Assembly: GCA_963663165.1 (NCBI GenBank)
Contig: OY760175.1
Span: 3,520,001 to 3,584,000, forward strand
Length of the DNA: 64,000 nt
From: an uncultured Desulfospira sp.
GTDB lineage: Bacteria; Desulfobacterota; Desulfobacteria; Desulfobacterales; Desulfobacteraceae
Reading direction: 5' to 3'
Positions 49,398-59,347 of the stretch are shown here, piece after piece. A program made the translations under genes and the position numbers. The notes beneath the pieces are model-generated. The model ran no database searches and was not told the DNA's origin. It saw only the letters and a program-made list of their open reading frames with translations. How positions within the stretch are numbered: position 1 is the stretch's first letter; every line of letters begins with the position of its first letter.

Positions 49398-52319
49398 CTA
49401 GGAGCCCAGCTGAGCCGGGCCGCCCAGATACCGGTCGTAGATCTGCCGGACCGCCCGGGCGGCTTCAGCGAATTCATCCTCAGGCACCAGGGATTTTTGT
49501 TCCTGGAGGGCCATGCGGTGGATCCGTTTTCGCATGGTCACATAGGCCTGCTGAAGGATCCCGCTTTCCTCTCCGGAGATCAGCCCTTCCACACTCAAGC
49601 CCTCCAAAAGCCTGACATTGTCTGTCCAGTCCGCCACATCCGGATAGTTGTGGGCGTATTTCAGTGTCAGGTACTGAACCAGGAATTCAATGTCCACGAT
49701 CCCTCCCCGGTCCTGTTTGAGATTAAACAACCCAGGTTCCGGAGACAGGCGCTGCTTTCGCATTTTCTCGCGCATGTCCTTTACTTCCCGGCCAAGGTCC
49801 GGGTCCTTTCGCTCCCGGCAGAGGACGGATTTGCGAATCTCCTGGAACCGGTCCATGAGAAGGGGATCTCCGGCCACCGGCCTTGCCCGGATCAGGGCCT
49901 GGTGTTCCCAGGTCCAGGCCTCTGACACCAGATATTCTTCATAGGCATCAATGTGGGAGACAATCATCCCCGAATCCCCCCCGGGACGCAGCCGCATGTC
50001 GGCCCCGTAAAGGGTGCCGGCCGCCGTGTGCATGGTCAGGATATTGATGATCCGCCTGCCCAGGTTGGCGTAAAACAGGATGGTCTCAATGGAGCGCTTC
50101 CCTCCCGAAGTGACGCCCGGTTCCCCTTTAAACAGAAAAACCAGGTCAAGGTCCGAAGTATATCCCATCTCAAACCCGCCGGCCTTGCCGTAAGCCACAA
50201 TGGCGAACCCCTTTGATTGCGTATTTCCCCCATCCATTCCCTCGGGGACCCCGTATTTTTCAGTAACAATATCCCAGGCAATATCAAGGACCTGTCTTAA
50301 AACGGTCTGGGCAATATAGGTCAGGTGGTCAGACACCTTCATTAAGGGGTAGCCCCCGCTCACATCGGCTGCCGCTACCCGCAAGGTGTTCACCTGCTTA
50401 AAAATATTGAGTTCTTCAAAAATATATTCCAAATCCTGGGAAGCACTTTTTTCCATGCGGGCCGCCATATCTTTTTTTAAGGCTTCAAGCTTGGGCGGCG
50501 CATACAAGGTGGCCGGATGCATGAGCTCGTCCAGCAGTACGGGATGATGGCTTAAAAAACGGATGATCCAGGGACTTTTCCGGGCCAGGGCGATCAGGGT
50601 CTCCAGAGCGCCTTTGTTCTCCAAAAGCAGAGACAAATAGCAGGTCCGTTGTTCAATGGTAATGATCAGGTCAATAAGTTTGCCCAAAATCGCATCGGCA
50701 TTGGGTGTTCCGCCGGCTTTTCGGACCAGCCGCGGCACCAGCCGGGCCAGTTTTTTCCGGCCGTTTTCCGTAAGCCCCCGGGTATGGGGGTGAACCGCCA
50801 GGGTCTGAAGCAGGCTCAACACCCGGTCCGGGTCTTCATAGCCGGACACGGCTTTGATGCCGGAGGTATACTGGGGATCATTGGCATTGAGCCATACCGA
50901 CTGAAGGTCCCGGCTTTCTTTGTCCGGCTGTTCATCTTCTTCGGTGACCAGCAGCTGGGCAAAATGGGCATGAACCCGGGATAGTTCTTGGGACAGGCGT
51001 TGATGAAAGGTTTGAAAGTCCTTAAACCCCGTGGACAGGGCCAGGATAAGCCGGGACTCCCGGGATTCAGGGATATCGTGGGTCTGAAGGTCCCGGTATT
51101 CCTGGAGCCGATTTTCCACCTGCCGCAGGAATATGTAAGCTGTTTTCAGTTCGTCCCGGGTTTTGCCGGGGAGCATCTCCAGGGAAACGAGCAGGTCCAG
51201 AACCTTCAGCACCTTTGGTTCCTGCAAAGAGGGCTCTACCCCGCCCCGGATCAGCTGAAACAGCTGGGCAAAAAACTCAATCTCCCGGATGCCCCCGGCC
51301 CCTAATTTGATATTGTGTTTAAGCTTGGCGTTTTTGACCTGAAGGGCAATGCGCTGTTTCATGTCCCTGAAAGAATCAAAGGAGCCGTAGTCAAAATACC
51401 GCCGGTATATAAACGGGTTGAGCTTTTTTAACACCCGGTACCCGCCGGCCATGTCCCCGGCAACAGGCCTTGCCTTGATCATGGCGTACCGCTCCCATTC
51501 CCGGCCGTGGGCCTGGTAATACTCTTCAAAGGCTGCCGCGCTCATGACAATGGGGCCGCTGTCCCCAAAGGGGCGCAGCCGGGTATCCACCCTGAAAAAA
51601 TTCAGGCCGTCGCCCGAGGAAAACAACTGGATCAGTTTGCGGCAAAGCCGGATAAAAAATTCATTGGCCGAAGATTTTTCATTGCCGGATTCGTCCCGGG
51701 TGACCCCCTCCTTTGGATAGACAAAGATCAGGTCAATGTCTGAAGAAAAATTCAGCTCCCCGGCCCCGAGCTTTCCCATACCCAGGACGATGAGCTCCAT
51801 GGGCCGGCCCGTTTCATCCACGGGGGTCCCGAAGGTTTGGCACAGGCTCCGGTAAAGATGATTCAAACCTGCGGCAATACAGGCCCGGGCCAGGTTGGAA
51901 AGGTCTGCCATGGTCTCTTCAAGGCCGGCCCGCCCATTGGTGTCCCGCCAGGCAATCCGGATGGTTTCATAAAGCTTGAACCGGAGCATGACCTCTTTAA
52001 GGCCGGTTGAACCTGCCAGCCTTTTGTCAAGGCGCTGTGCATAGGTCTGGTCCGAATAGGACCGCTCAAGATCCCCTGAAGATAAAAGGTCATTGAGCAG
52101 GGCCGTATCCCGGATCAGTTGATCGGCGGCAAACTCGCTGAACAGAAACAGCCGGATCAGTTCGGATTTAAGGTCCTGACCCGTCGGCGGGTCAAATGCT
52201 GCCCCATTTTTTTCAAGGCTTTCCTGTAACCGGGAAAGCCGGCCTTCAAGCAATTGATAAAGATCAGGGTCAAGATCGGGAAAAACCGCCTCAATATCTG
52301 CCAGGGTGATGGGATTCAT
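49398..52319 (-). CDS. glnE: Bifunctional glutamine synthetase adenylyltransferase/deadenylyltransferase
   Basis: Two nucleotidyltransferase halves: GMGKLGAGELNFSSDIDLIF...DTRLRPFG...GREWERYAMIKAR and YGKAGGFEMGYTSDLDLVF...DMRLRPGG...AWTWEHQALIRAR. Confidence 0.97.
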   Translation of the reverse strand: MNPITLADIEAVFPDLDPDLYQLLEGRLSRLQESLEKNGAAFDPPTGQDLKSELIRLFLFSEFAADQLIRDTALLNDLLSSGDLERSYSDQTYAQRLDKRLAGSTGLKEVMLRFKLYETIRIAWRDTNGRAGLEETMADLSNLARACIAAGLNHLYRSLCQTFGTPVDETGRPMELIVLGMGKLGAGELNFSSDIDLIFVYPKEGVTRDESGNEKSSANEFFIRLCRKLIQLFSSGDGLNFFRVDTRLRPFGDSGPIVMSAAAFEEYYQAHGREWERYAMIKARPVAGDMAGGYRVLKKLNPFIYRRYFDYGSFDSFRDMKQRIALQVKNAKLKHNIKLGAGGIREIEFFAQLFQLIRGGVEPSLQEPKVLKVLDLLVSLEMLPGKTRDELKTAYIFLRQVENRLQEYRDLQTHDIPESRESRLILALSTGFKDFQTFHQRLSQELSRVHAHFAQLLVTEEDEQPDKESRDLQSVWLNANDPQYTSGIKAVSGYEDPDRVLSLLQTLAVHPHTRGLTENGRKKLARLVPRLVRKAGGTPNADAILGKLIDLIITIEQRTCYLSLLLENKGALETLIALARKSPWIIRFLSHHPVLLDELMHPATLYAPPKLEALKKDMAARMEKSASQDLEYIFEELNIFKQVNTLRVAAADVSGGYPLMKVSDHLTYIAQTVLRQVLDIAWDIVTEKYGVPEGMDGGNTQSKGFAIVAYGKAGGFEMGYTSDLDLVFLFKGEPGVTSGGKRSIETILFYANLGRRIINILTMHTAAGTLYGADMRLRPGGDSGMIVSHIDAYEEYLVSEAWTWEHQALIRARPVAGDPLLMDRFQEIRKSVLCRERKDPDLGREVKDMREKMRKQRLSPEPGLFNLKQDRGGIVDIEFLVQYLTLKYAHNYPDVADWTDNVRLLEGLSVEGLISGEESGILQQAYVTMRKRIHRMALQEQKSLVPEDEFAEAARAVRQIYDRYLGGPAQLGS

Positions 52320-52391
52320 TTCTCTGCCTGTTTAATTATGGTTATCATCGGCCCGGATATGCCAGGGGGGTAATTTGTCTTAATTCCGGAA

Positions 52392-52682
52392 TTACGTTAA
52401 AGAACCGTTCAGATATTTGTGTACAATACTTGAAATAAGTGTCTGATAAGGGATACCTTCTTCAATTGCCTTGATCTGGATCTGATGGTAATCCTTTTGA
52501 GAAAGACGAAGATTTATTCTTTTATCTTTTTTCAGTGTATTTCGTGCGGCTTCAATGGCTTTTTTTTTCTCCCGGCCCAAATTTTTAACCGGCTGCCACT
52601 CATCGCGTTCAATTGATTCCATCAGGTCTTTTTCTTCCTGATCAACTGGTTTAAATGAATTTTCATTGAATTTATTCATCAC
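52392..52682 (-). CDS. Type II antitoxin (CopG/RHH, BrnA-like)
   Basis: KDKRINLRLSQKD...AIEEGIPYQTLISSIVHKY; 4-bp overlap with the toxin gene. Confidence 0.85.
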   Translation of the reverse strand: MMNKFNENSFKPVDQEEKDLMESIERDEWQPVKNLGREKKKAIEAARNTLKKDKRINLRLSQKDYHQIQIKAIEEGIPYQTLISSIVHKYLNGSLT

Positions 52683-52948
52683 TCTCCTTTCAAGCCGTAT
52701 TTTTTTGTGTATTTCCGGATGGGAAAAGCTGTTTTTAAAAATATTTCATCATCATTTTCTACATAAGGCACAATAACAGCATAGTTGTTGATTTCTAAAA
52801 TATACATTCTTTGATTAGGGTATCCTGGATTTTCCTCAATTCCAATTATCTGGTCTAATTCAATTAAATAGGCAATTTCTTCAAAAGATATTCCACGGTC
52901 ACGCTTTAAAATTTTGTTTTTCTCAGAATTCCAATTCAGATATTTCAT
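52679..52948 (-). CDS. Type II toxin, BrnT-like ribonuclease
   Basis: WNSEKNKILKRDRGISFEEI...YPNQ...VPYVE...FLKTAFP.RK; toxin-first gene order. Confidence 0.85.
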   Translation of the reverse strand: MKYLNWNSEKNKILKRDRGISFEEIAYLIELDQIIGIEENPGYPNQRMYILEINNYAVIVPYVENDDEIFLKTAFPIRKYTKKYGLKGE

Positions 52949-52949
52949 A

Positions 52950-52983
52950 TGACAAATATAGGCGAACGTCTGCCTTTTGTCAA
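52950..52983 (-). promoter_or_regulatory. Sigma70 promoter of the TA operon (TTGACA-17-TATATT), 6 nt from the ATG, embedded in an inverted repeat
   Basis: Minus strand reads TTGACAaaaggcagacgttcgccTATATTtgtcatATG, containing TGACAAA...TTTGTCA and AGGC...GCCT dyads. Confidence 0.75.
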
Positions 52984-53175
52984 CACGCTTCAGAAGGATT
53001 GCCAGGGCAATCGCGTGTAAACAAAACGGCCTGTAACCCGGCAGGTTCTTTATGACGGGACCATTGATTCATGGCGTTTATGGGCGGTCAGATTGTCAAA
53101 TATACTTGACAAGAAATAGGTATCATGGATGCCCCCGGAATAAACAATTTGGCAAGGCTGCCCTGGGGAAAGACG

Positions 53176-53208
53176 GCCGGCACCCGCCATGGAGGAAGGC
53201 GGATGCCG
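53176..53208 (-). terminator. GC-rich hairpin after the oxidoreductase operon
   Basis: CCGGCACCCGCC ... GGCGGATGCCGG, 12 nt after the stop at 53221; no clear T-tract. Confidence 0.45.
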
Positions 53209-53220
53209 GAAAGGCAAGGT

Positions 53221-54435
53221 TTAAAAATGGGGTTTTAACGGCCACTCTTTTTTATAGACAAGTTCCTGTTTCAAGGCGCTCAGCTCCTGCATGCGGTTGA
53301 TCAGGTTCACCCCGGTGAGGACCCCGTCGGCGTATACAGACAGTTTGTAACCGCCTTCCTCTTCCGGGTGGCCCTCAATCCGGGTTTCCACATGGTCCCC
53401 TGTGGGATTGATATCGCCGATCTGGGCATAGGTCCAGTCAAAAAGCGGGCTGATGTGCTGGGGAACGCCACCCGGGTAGGCACACGGGGCCTGGGCCATA
53501 TTTGAACCGGCGGTCCGCCCCTGATAGCAGGCGTTGGCCCAGGTGCCGAGCCACTCCTGGCGGCCGGTCAGCAGGCTGGGTCCCTGGCAGACATCCCCTG
53601 CGGCATACAGGTCCGGGGCAGAGGTCTGCATCTGCCGGTCCACCAGAACCGCTAAGTCCATGGCCACCTGATCCGGATCAAGAAATTGACTGTTGGGCCG
53701 GATGCCGGTGCAGACCGCCACAAAATCCGCCTCTTCCATGACCGCTTCGGGGAAAAAGCAGCACACACCCTCCTCTGAGCCTTCGATGCCCTCAATACTG
53801 CATCCTAAGCGGACATCAATGCCGTGGCTTTCAAAAAAAGTTCTCAGCAATGCCGCGGCTTCAGGGTGGGCCCCCCGGGGCAGCATCTGGGGCGCGGCAT
53901 CCATCAAAATGACGTCAATGTGGCGTTTGGTTAATATTTCCGCCACCTTGACACCCACCAGGGAGGCGCCCAGAACCAGCACCTTCCGGGCCTTTGCCAT
54001 GGCTTTTTCCATGGAAAGCGTACTTTTGGAGGTTCGCAAGGGAAATGCAAAATCAGGGTTATCAAGGCCCGGAATGGGAGGGATGGAGACCCTGGCGCCG
54101 GTGGCCACCAGGCATTTGTCATAATGAAGGATGCCGCCGCTGCCGGTATGAACGACTTTATTTTCCGCATCGATACGCTCAACCGGCGTCCCCAGATGGC
54201 ATTGCACATCATGGTTCTGATAAAAATCACGGCCGTAAGGAAAGCAGTGTTTCCAGGAAAGCATGCCCTTGAGGTAATAAGGGGCCAGCATGGGGTTGAA
54301 AGCCGCTTCTTCAGTATCCGACACCAGATGCAGGGCGCCGTCAAATCCGGCCAGGCGGATGGACCGGACCGCATGGGCCGCGGCACCGCCGTTCCCGGCG
54401 ATCACAATCTGTTTAACCTGTTCGCGGCCCATCAT
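53221..54435 (-). CDS. FAD-dependent pyridine nucleotide-disulfide-family oxidoreductase
   Basis: IVIAGNGGAA, LVATGA, VLVLGASLVG and TSAPDLYAAGD motifs. Confidence 0.9.
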   Translation of the reverse strand: MMGREQVKQIVIAGNGGAAAHAVRSIRLAGFDGALHLVSDTEEAAFNPMLAPYYLKGMLSWKHCFPYGRDFYQNHDVQCHLGTPVERIDAENKVVHTGSGGILHYDKCLVATGARVSIPPIPGLDNPDFAFPLRTSKSTLSMEKAMAKARKVLVLGASLVGVKVAEILTKRHIDVILMDAAPQMLPRGAHPEAAALLRTFFESHGIDVRLGCSIEGIEGSEEGVCCFFPEAVMEEADFVAVCTGIRPNSQFLDPDQVAMDLAVLVDRQMQTSAPDLYAAGDVCQGPSLLTGRQEWLGTWANACYQGRTAGSNMAQAPCAYPGGVPQHISPLFDWTYAQIGDINPTGDHVETRIEGHPEEEGGYKLSVYADGVLTGVNLINRMQELSALKQELVYKKEWPLKPHF

Positions 54436-54944
54436 TCAAGCATTCCGGCAGCTTTGGCCAATACTTGTGACGCCTGGGCTGATTTTTCGCTGGAGATGGT
54501 GTCCAGTTCCCCAAATTGCAACGCCCCGGTGGTGCAGGTATGGACACAGGAAGGCAGCAGGCCGTGGGCCACACGGACATGGCACAGGTCGCATTTCACC
54601 ATTTTTCCCTGACTTGTAAACTTGGGAGCGCCAACGGGGCAGGCCAGGGCGCAGCTGCGGCAGCCGATACAAAGGTCCGGGTTGACATCCACTACCCCGT
54701 CTTCCGGGTGGCGGAACAAAGCGCCCGAAGGACAGACCATCAGGCAGGGGGCATCACTGCAATGCATGCAGGCTATGGAAATAGACGCCACCCGGGCCGG
54801 ATAGGTGCCCTCTTCAAAACAGGTTACGGTCCTGAAACCGGTCAGATCCGATTTTTCATCATTCTGGTCCTGGCAGGCCACCACACAGGCCATACAGCCG
54901 GTGCACCGTTTCGCATCAAATGAAAAAGCCAATTGTTTGCTCAT
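54432..54944 (-). CDS. Four-cluster 4Fe-4S protein (DmsB/NrfC-like)
   Basis: CTGCMACVVAC, CMHCSDAPCLMVCP, CIGCRSCALACP and CDLC...CVHTC motifs. Confidence 0.93.
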   Translation of the reverse strand: MSKQLAFSFDAKRCTGCMACVVACQDQNDEKSDLTGFRTVTCFEEGTYPARVASISIACMHCSDAPCLMVCPSGALFRHPEDGVVDVNPDLCIGCRSCALACPVGAPKFTSQGKMVKCDLCHVRVAHGLLPSCVHTCTTGALQFGELDTISSEKSAQASQVLAKAAGMLE

Positions 54945-54956
54945 AACGTTTTTTCC

Positions 54957-57104
54957 TTACTCTTTCTCGGGCGCTTTTTGTATATCGCAGATCAGTGATT
55001 TAAATCCGGGAAATCCGGATATGGGGTCCAGATAGTCCGGCTCAATCAAAAGGTTCACTTCCACATTGGTCCAGCCATGGTAAATATTGGCTGCCCCCGG
55101 CGCAATGGTCCCCGTCACCTTGGCCCAGACAGTTATGGCATGCCGGGGTGTGGACAGGACGACCTGATCCCCGTCTGATATATTGCGCGCCCTGGCATCA
55201 TCAACATTGATCATCACCGTGGGATTGGGGTGTAACCTGCGGTTCCAGGAATTTCTGAAGGTGCGTGAATGCACATACATGGGAAGCCGGGTCCCGGTCC
55301 CCAGCACCAGGGGAAATTTTTGGGCCATCTCAGGGGTTGAGGCAGGGCTTAAGGCCGGCTCTTTATAAACCGGCAAAGGTTCCATTCCTTCCTGGGCCAG
55401 CCGTGTGGATTCAAATTCCATTTTTCCCGACGGGGTGGCAAATCCGGTCTCCCGGTATTTGTAATATGGCGGCATTTCCAGATTTTCCACGGTGATGCCT
55501 GAAGGGTTTTGTTTAAGCTGGGCCACGGTCAGACCTGAGGGTTCCAGAATCCAGTCCAGACAAGCCTCATAGCCCTGCTGCATTAATTCATCATCCGGTG
55601 CAATCCGTTTGGCCAGTTCAAAAATGATGTCACTGTCGGGCTTGGATTCCCCAATGGGCGAAATGGCAGGCTGGGTAAGAATCACATGGTTGCAGCCGTA
55701 AAACCGCAGCTCACTTCGCTCATAAGAGGTACAGGCCGGCAGGACAATATCCGCAAGTTTGGCCGTATCCGTCATAAACAGATCCACATCAACAAAAAAG
55801 TCCAGTTTGTTGAAGGCTTCCACCAGACGGTCATTGCCCGGCCACATGCGGTGGTTATAGCCAAAGGCCAGGACCGCTTTGATGGGATAGGGATCTTCAT
55901 TCAGAATCTGATCCGGCAGCTGCATGGCCTGGGATTCATGGACACACTCGGCCCAGATGGGGAATTTTTCCTGGCCGATTCTTTCGGGCATGTCCAGGAC
56001 CGATTTGGGGAAAATAAATTCATCCTGCCGGGTTTTATAGCCCGTGTTCACGTGGACCCAGGTTTCCGGCACCACGTAGTTGCCCCCCGGGGCGTCATAA
56101 TTTCCCGTAAGCCCGCACAAACTGATAATGGCCCTATGGTTCTGGACCCCGTTGGTATGGTGAACCGTGGGGCTGGCACTGGTCATGATGCAGGCAGCCC
56201 TGGCCTTGGCATACATGCGGGCGGCCGCCTGGATCAAATGGGCCGGAACCCCCGTAATCTCTTGAGTTTTTTCCAGTGTAAATTCTTTTGCATATTCCTT
56301 ATAGGCGTCAAACCCTTTGGTCCACTGGGCCACGAACTCAGCGTCGTGCAGGTTTTCGCCAATAATCACATTGGCCATGCCAAGAGCCAGGGCCCCGTCC
56401 GTTCCCGGGCGCAACCCTAAGCGCATATCCGTAAAACGGGTCATGTGGGTGACCATGGGGCTGACTTCGATAATTTTTAAACCCTTTTCCCGGGCCGCGA
56501 TAATCCGCTTGGCATTGGGTGTTCCGGCGGTAAAGGTGTTTTTGCTCCAGATCAAAAGGCATTCGGAATTTTTAATGTCCGGTCCGCCCCAGGGCCCATA
56601 GGTCAATTTGGTGGCCACATCGGTAGCGTAGTAACAGGTGCTGGATTCAGTGGCGAAATTCGGGGTTCCAAAGCTGATCCCCAGCCGCTGGGCAAAGGGG
56701 CGCAGCCATTTGGTATACCCCACCCCAAAGGCCACGGACTCAGGCCCGCTCTCGGCTTTGATGTCCAGCAGACGCCGGGCAATCTCATCGTAGGCCGCCT
56801 CCCAGGAAATGGGTTCAAATTGTCCTGACCCCCGGGGACCGGTCCGTTTTAGCGGGGTTCTGATCCGCTCCGGATTGTAGATGTACTGCCGTCCGGCACA
56901 CCCTTTGGCACACAGGGTGCCCTGGTTATGGGGAAATTCCGGCATGCCCTCCACCTTGATCACCTTACCGTCTTTCACATAGGCATTGACGCCGCAGCTG
57001 GTGATCAGGCCTTCACATATGGCACAGATGGTCTTTTTTATTTCAATCCCGGTCTCTTTTCCCGGGATTTTGTTTTTTAACAAACACGCTTGGTCGAACT
57101 GCAT
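54957..57104 (-). CDS. Cytoplasmic Mo/W-bisPGD oxidoreductase catalytic subunit, acetylene-hydratase-like clade
   Basis: CAICEGLITSC...LCAKG FeS motif, FGTPNFATESSTC (Cys ligand position), RPGTDGALALG, ADIVLPA and TPSGKMEF motifs. No twin-arginine signal. Confidence 0.88.
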   Translation of the reverse strand: MQFDQACLLKNKIPGKETGIEIKKTICAICEGLITSCGVNAYVKDGKVIKVEGMPEFPHNQGTLCAKGCAGRQYIYNPERIRTPLKRTGPRGSGQFEPISWEAAYDEIARRLLDIKAESGPESVAFGVGYTKWLRPFAQRLGISFGTPNFATESSTCYYATDVATKLTYGPWGGPDIKNSECLLIWSKNTFTAGTPNAKRIIAAREKGLKIIEVSPMVTHMTRFTDMRLGLRPGTDGALALGMANVIIGENLHDAEFVAQWTKGFDAYKEYAKEFTLEKTQEITGVPAHLIQAAARMYAKARAACIMTSASPTVHHTNGVQNHRAIISLCGLTGNYDAPGGNYVVPETWVHVNTGYKTRQDEFIFPKSVLDMPERIGQEKFPIWAECVHESQAMQLPDQILNEDPYPIKAVLAFGYNHRMWPGNDRLVEAFNKLDFFVDVDLFMTDTAKLADIVLPACTSYERSELRFYGCNHVILTQPAISPIGESKPDSDIIFELAKRIAPDDELMQQGYEACLDWILEPSGLTVAQLKQNPSGITVENLEMPPYYKYRETGFATPSGKMEFESTRLAQEGMEPLPVYKEPALSPASTPEMAQKFPLVLGTGTRLPMYVHSRTFRNSWNRRLHPNPTVMINVDDARARNISDGDQVVLSTPRHAITVWAKVTGTIAPGAANIYHGWTNVEVNLLIEPDYLDPISGFPGFKSLICDIQKAPEKE

Positions 57105-57117
57105 TCATTTGCCTCCA

Positions 57118-58422
57118 TTAGCCCTTCATTACATTGGGAAGATACAGCACAATATCAGGAAATACCATGATCAGTGCCACCACGATCAACTCCACGATAA
57201 TAAAGGGAATAACACTTTTAAATATCTGTACAAGATCGGCGTCATCCACGGCGCCTTTCAAAACAAAAACATTGAGACCCACCGGGGGGGTCAGCAGACT
57301 GATCTCGATCATGATGATGACCATAATCCCGAACCAGACCCCGTCAACCCCCATTTGCTGGAGGATGGGAAAGGTTAAGGGCAGGGTCAGCAAAATCATG
57401 CTCATGGGTTCTAAAAACATGCCCAACGGAATGTACATCAGCAAAAACAGGATAATGAGCATGGTCGGCGGCGCATTCAGCGCGGTCACAAGATCAATGA
57501 ACCGTGCCGCAAATCCGGCCCGGGCCAGGAACAGGGTAAAAATCTGGGCCCCGATGGAGATGGTCAGGATCATGGAACCGATCTTAACGGTATCCAGCAG
57601 GGCTTCCTTGAATACAGGCCAGGTCAGCTTTCGCCGGAAAAAGGCCATCATCAGTGCACCCAGGCAGCCCATGGCACCGGCTTCGGTAGGGGTGGCAATG
57701 CCGGTATAGATGGCCCCCATCACCGCCACAAACAAAAACAACACCCCCCAGATATTTTTAAGGGATATCAGCGAATCCACCCAGCTGATACCGGTGGCCC
57801 GGGGGCCTAATTCCGGGGTAATCACCGCTCTGAGCATGATCATTAAAATAAAGAGTACTGCCGTCAATACACCGGGCAGAATAGAGCCCACCAGAATGTG
57901 GCCCACAGACTGTTCCGTGGTAATGGCGTAAATAACCGCGATAATACTGGGCGGAATCAAGACCCCCAGGGTCCCGGCCCCGGCAATGGAACCAAGACTT
58001 AAGGCACGGTCGTATTTATACCGGTCCATTTCCGGCAGCGCCACTTTGCTCATGGCCGCCACCATGCCCACACTTGAGCCTGTTGATGCGGCAAAACCGG
58101 CACTGGCAAAGGTGGTGGCCATGGCAAGCCCGCCGGGCAGGCGGCCAAACCATTTGTACCCGGTATCATATAAATTGCTGGTAATCCCGGCGGCAAAGGC
58201 CAGATTTCCCATGAAGATAAACAAAGGGATAACCACCAGACCGTAAGAGTTAACGGAACTTAACGGGAGCAGCGACAGGGAGGCCATGGTGATTTTCGGC
58301 CCGGTGGTGACCAGCAGGCCAACGGTTCCCACCAGGGCCATGCTAAAGGCAATGTGCAGCCCCGAAGCCAGCACTAAAAGCAGCATGACAAACCCGATAA
58401 TTCCAATCCACAACGGATCCAT
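57118..58422 (-). CDS. dctM: TRAP transporter large permease
   Basis: IPLFIFMG, GRLPGGLA, GTLGVLIPPS, TPTEAG and TPPVGLNVF motifs. Confidence 0.93.
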   Translation of the reverse strand: MDPLWIGIIGFVMLLLVLASGLHIAFSMALVGTVGLLVTTGPKITMASLSLLPLSSVNSYGLVVIPLFIFMGNLAFAAGITSNLYDTGYKWFGRLPGGLAMATTFASAGFAASTGSSVGMVAAMSKVALPEMDRYKYDRALSLGSIAGAGTLGVLIPPSIIAVIYAITTEQSVGHILVGSILPGVLTAVLFILMIMLRAVITPELGPRATGISWVDSLISLKNIWGVLFLFVAVMGAIYTGIATPTEAGAMGCLGALMMAFFRRKLTWPVFKEALLDTVKIGSMILTISIGAQIFTLFLARAGFAARFIDLVTALNAPPTMLIILFLLMYIPLGMFLEPMSMILLTLPLTFPILQQMGVDGVWFGIMVIIMIEISLLTPPVGLNVFVLKGAVDDADLVQIFKSVIPFIIVELIVVALIMVFPDIVLYLPNVMKG

Positions 58423-58458
58423 TATTCTATATCCTTTTCCAAAGTTTCAGGTTGATGC

Positions 58459-58624
58459 TTAGGGACTCGGAAAAAATAAATGCCACAGATTTTGCGCTGA
58501 ATTTTTATTCGTACTCAAGGCGCGTTTCAGGGAGCATATTGGAATATGAGCCCTGAACCGCAACGAAGAATACGGATAAAAAGGCACGCAAAATGGGGGA
58601 TTTATTTTTTTTTGCGGCCCTTAA
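58459..58624. repeat. ~165-bp nested palindromic element with ERIC-like core, overlapping the dctQ 3' end
   Basis: Nested arms TTAGGG..AAAAAATAAAT / TTTTGCG / TTTTTATTCGTA / TTCAGGG / CATATT with mirrored partners; CAAGGCG...GGAGC...TGA...CAACG landmarks. Confidence 0.75.
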
Positions 58625-59072
58625 ATTCGTCATAGAGGCAGATCACAAACTGGATGCATAAAAACAATGCCCCCGCAGCAACAACCCCTTTAATGGGGTA
58701 AATCGGCAGGGGCAGCGCCCCCCAACGCACCTCCTTCATGTCCCAGGATTCCAGAAACGCGATAAAGGTCTGCCGGGTGATCAGGGCGTATACGGGCAGG
58801 GCAAGGAAATAACCGGTGATCCGCAAAATCCGCTGCCGTTCCTGGCTGAAATTGCGGGTAAACAAATCTATTTTGATATGGCCGCCAACCGCCTGGGTAT
58901 AAGACATCCCGCTGAAAACAAACAGGACCAGCAGATAAGAACTGATTTCCACCACTCCCAGAATCGGACGGTTCAGCACATACCGGCAGAAAACCTCGGC
59001 GCACATCAACACCATGATCACCACCAGAACCAGGCCGGAAAGCATGCCAAGCCAGCTAATTATTTTTCTCAT
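58602..59072 (-). CDS. dctQ: TRAP transporter small permease
   Basis: Four hydrophobic helices; EVFCRYVLNRPILGVVEI and GGHIKIDLF motifs. Confidence 0.9.
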   Translation of the reverse strand: MRKIISWLGMLSGLVLVVIMVLMCAEVFCRYVLNRPILGVVEISSYLLVLFVFSGMSYTQAVGGHIKIDLFTRNFSQERQRILRITGYFLALPVYALITRQTFIAFLESWDMKEVRWGALPLPIYPIKGVVAAGALFLCIQFVICLYDEFKGRKKK

Positions 59073-59100
59073 TTTTCACACCCGTTATTATTTTGTATCA

Positions 59101-59185
59101 AAGTCTCACTAACAAGCTGAAAAGACTATTTTTTTGTCACGGGCCGATGTTTGGCCGGATAACCGAAGACGGTCCATGACCGTTA
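59101..59185. repeat. Dispersed hairpin element, copy 2
   Basis: Shares a 27-bp identical start with 28382; hairpin TCACGGGCCG...CGGTCCATGA. Confidence 0.8.
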
Positions 59186-59208
59186 TTTAGTACCCCAACG
59201 GAAACCCC

Positions 59209-59269
59209 GTGTTTGGACGAAAAATTGTCCAGATGCAAGGCGCAGATGGGTGGCTTTTCGTTCAAACAC
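59209..59269. repeat. Short palindromic element (15-bp arms) containing GCAAGGCGCAG; looks like an internally deleted relative of the 58459 type
   Basis: GTGTTTGGACGAAAA ... TTTTCGTTCAAACAC (14/15). Confidence 0.6.
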
Positions 59270-59347
59270 TATTTAACCTGTTGGCCGCCCGGGCCGGAAC
59301 GGTAGCTGCACCAATTTTCCAGCCCGGGGGTTGGGAAGGTTAAAGAA

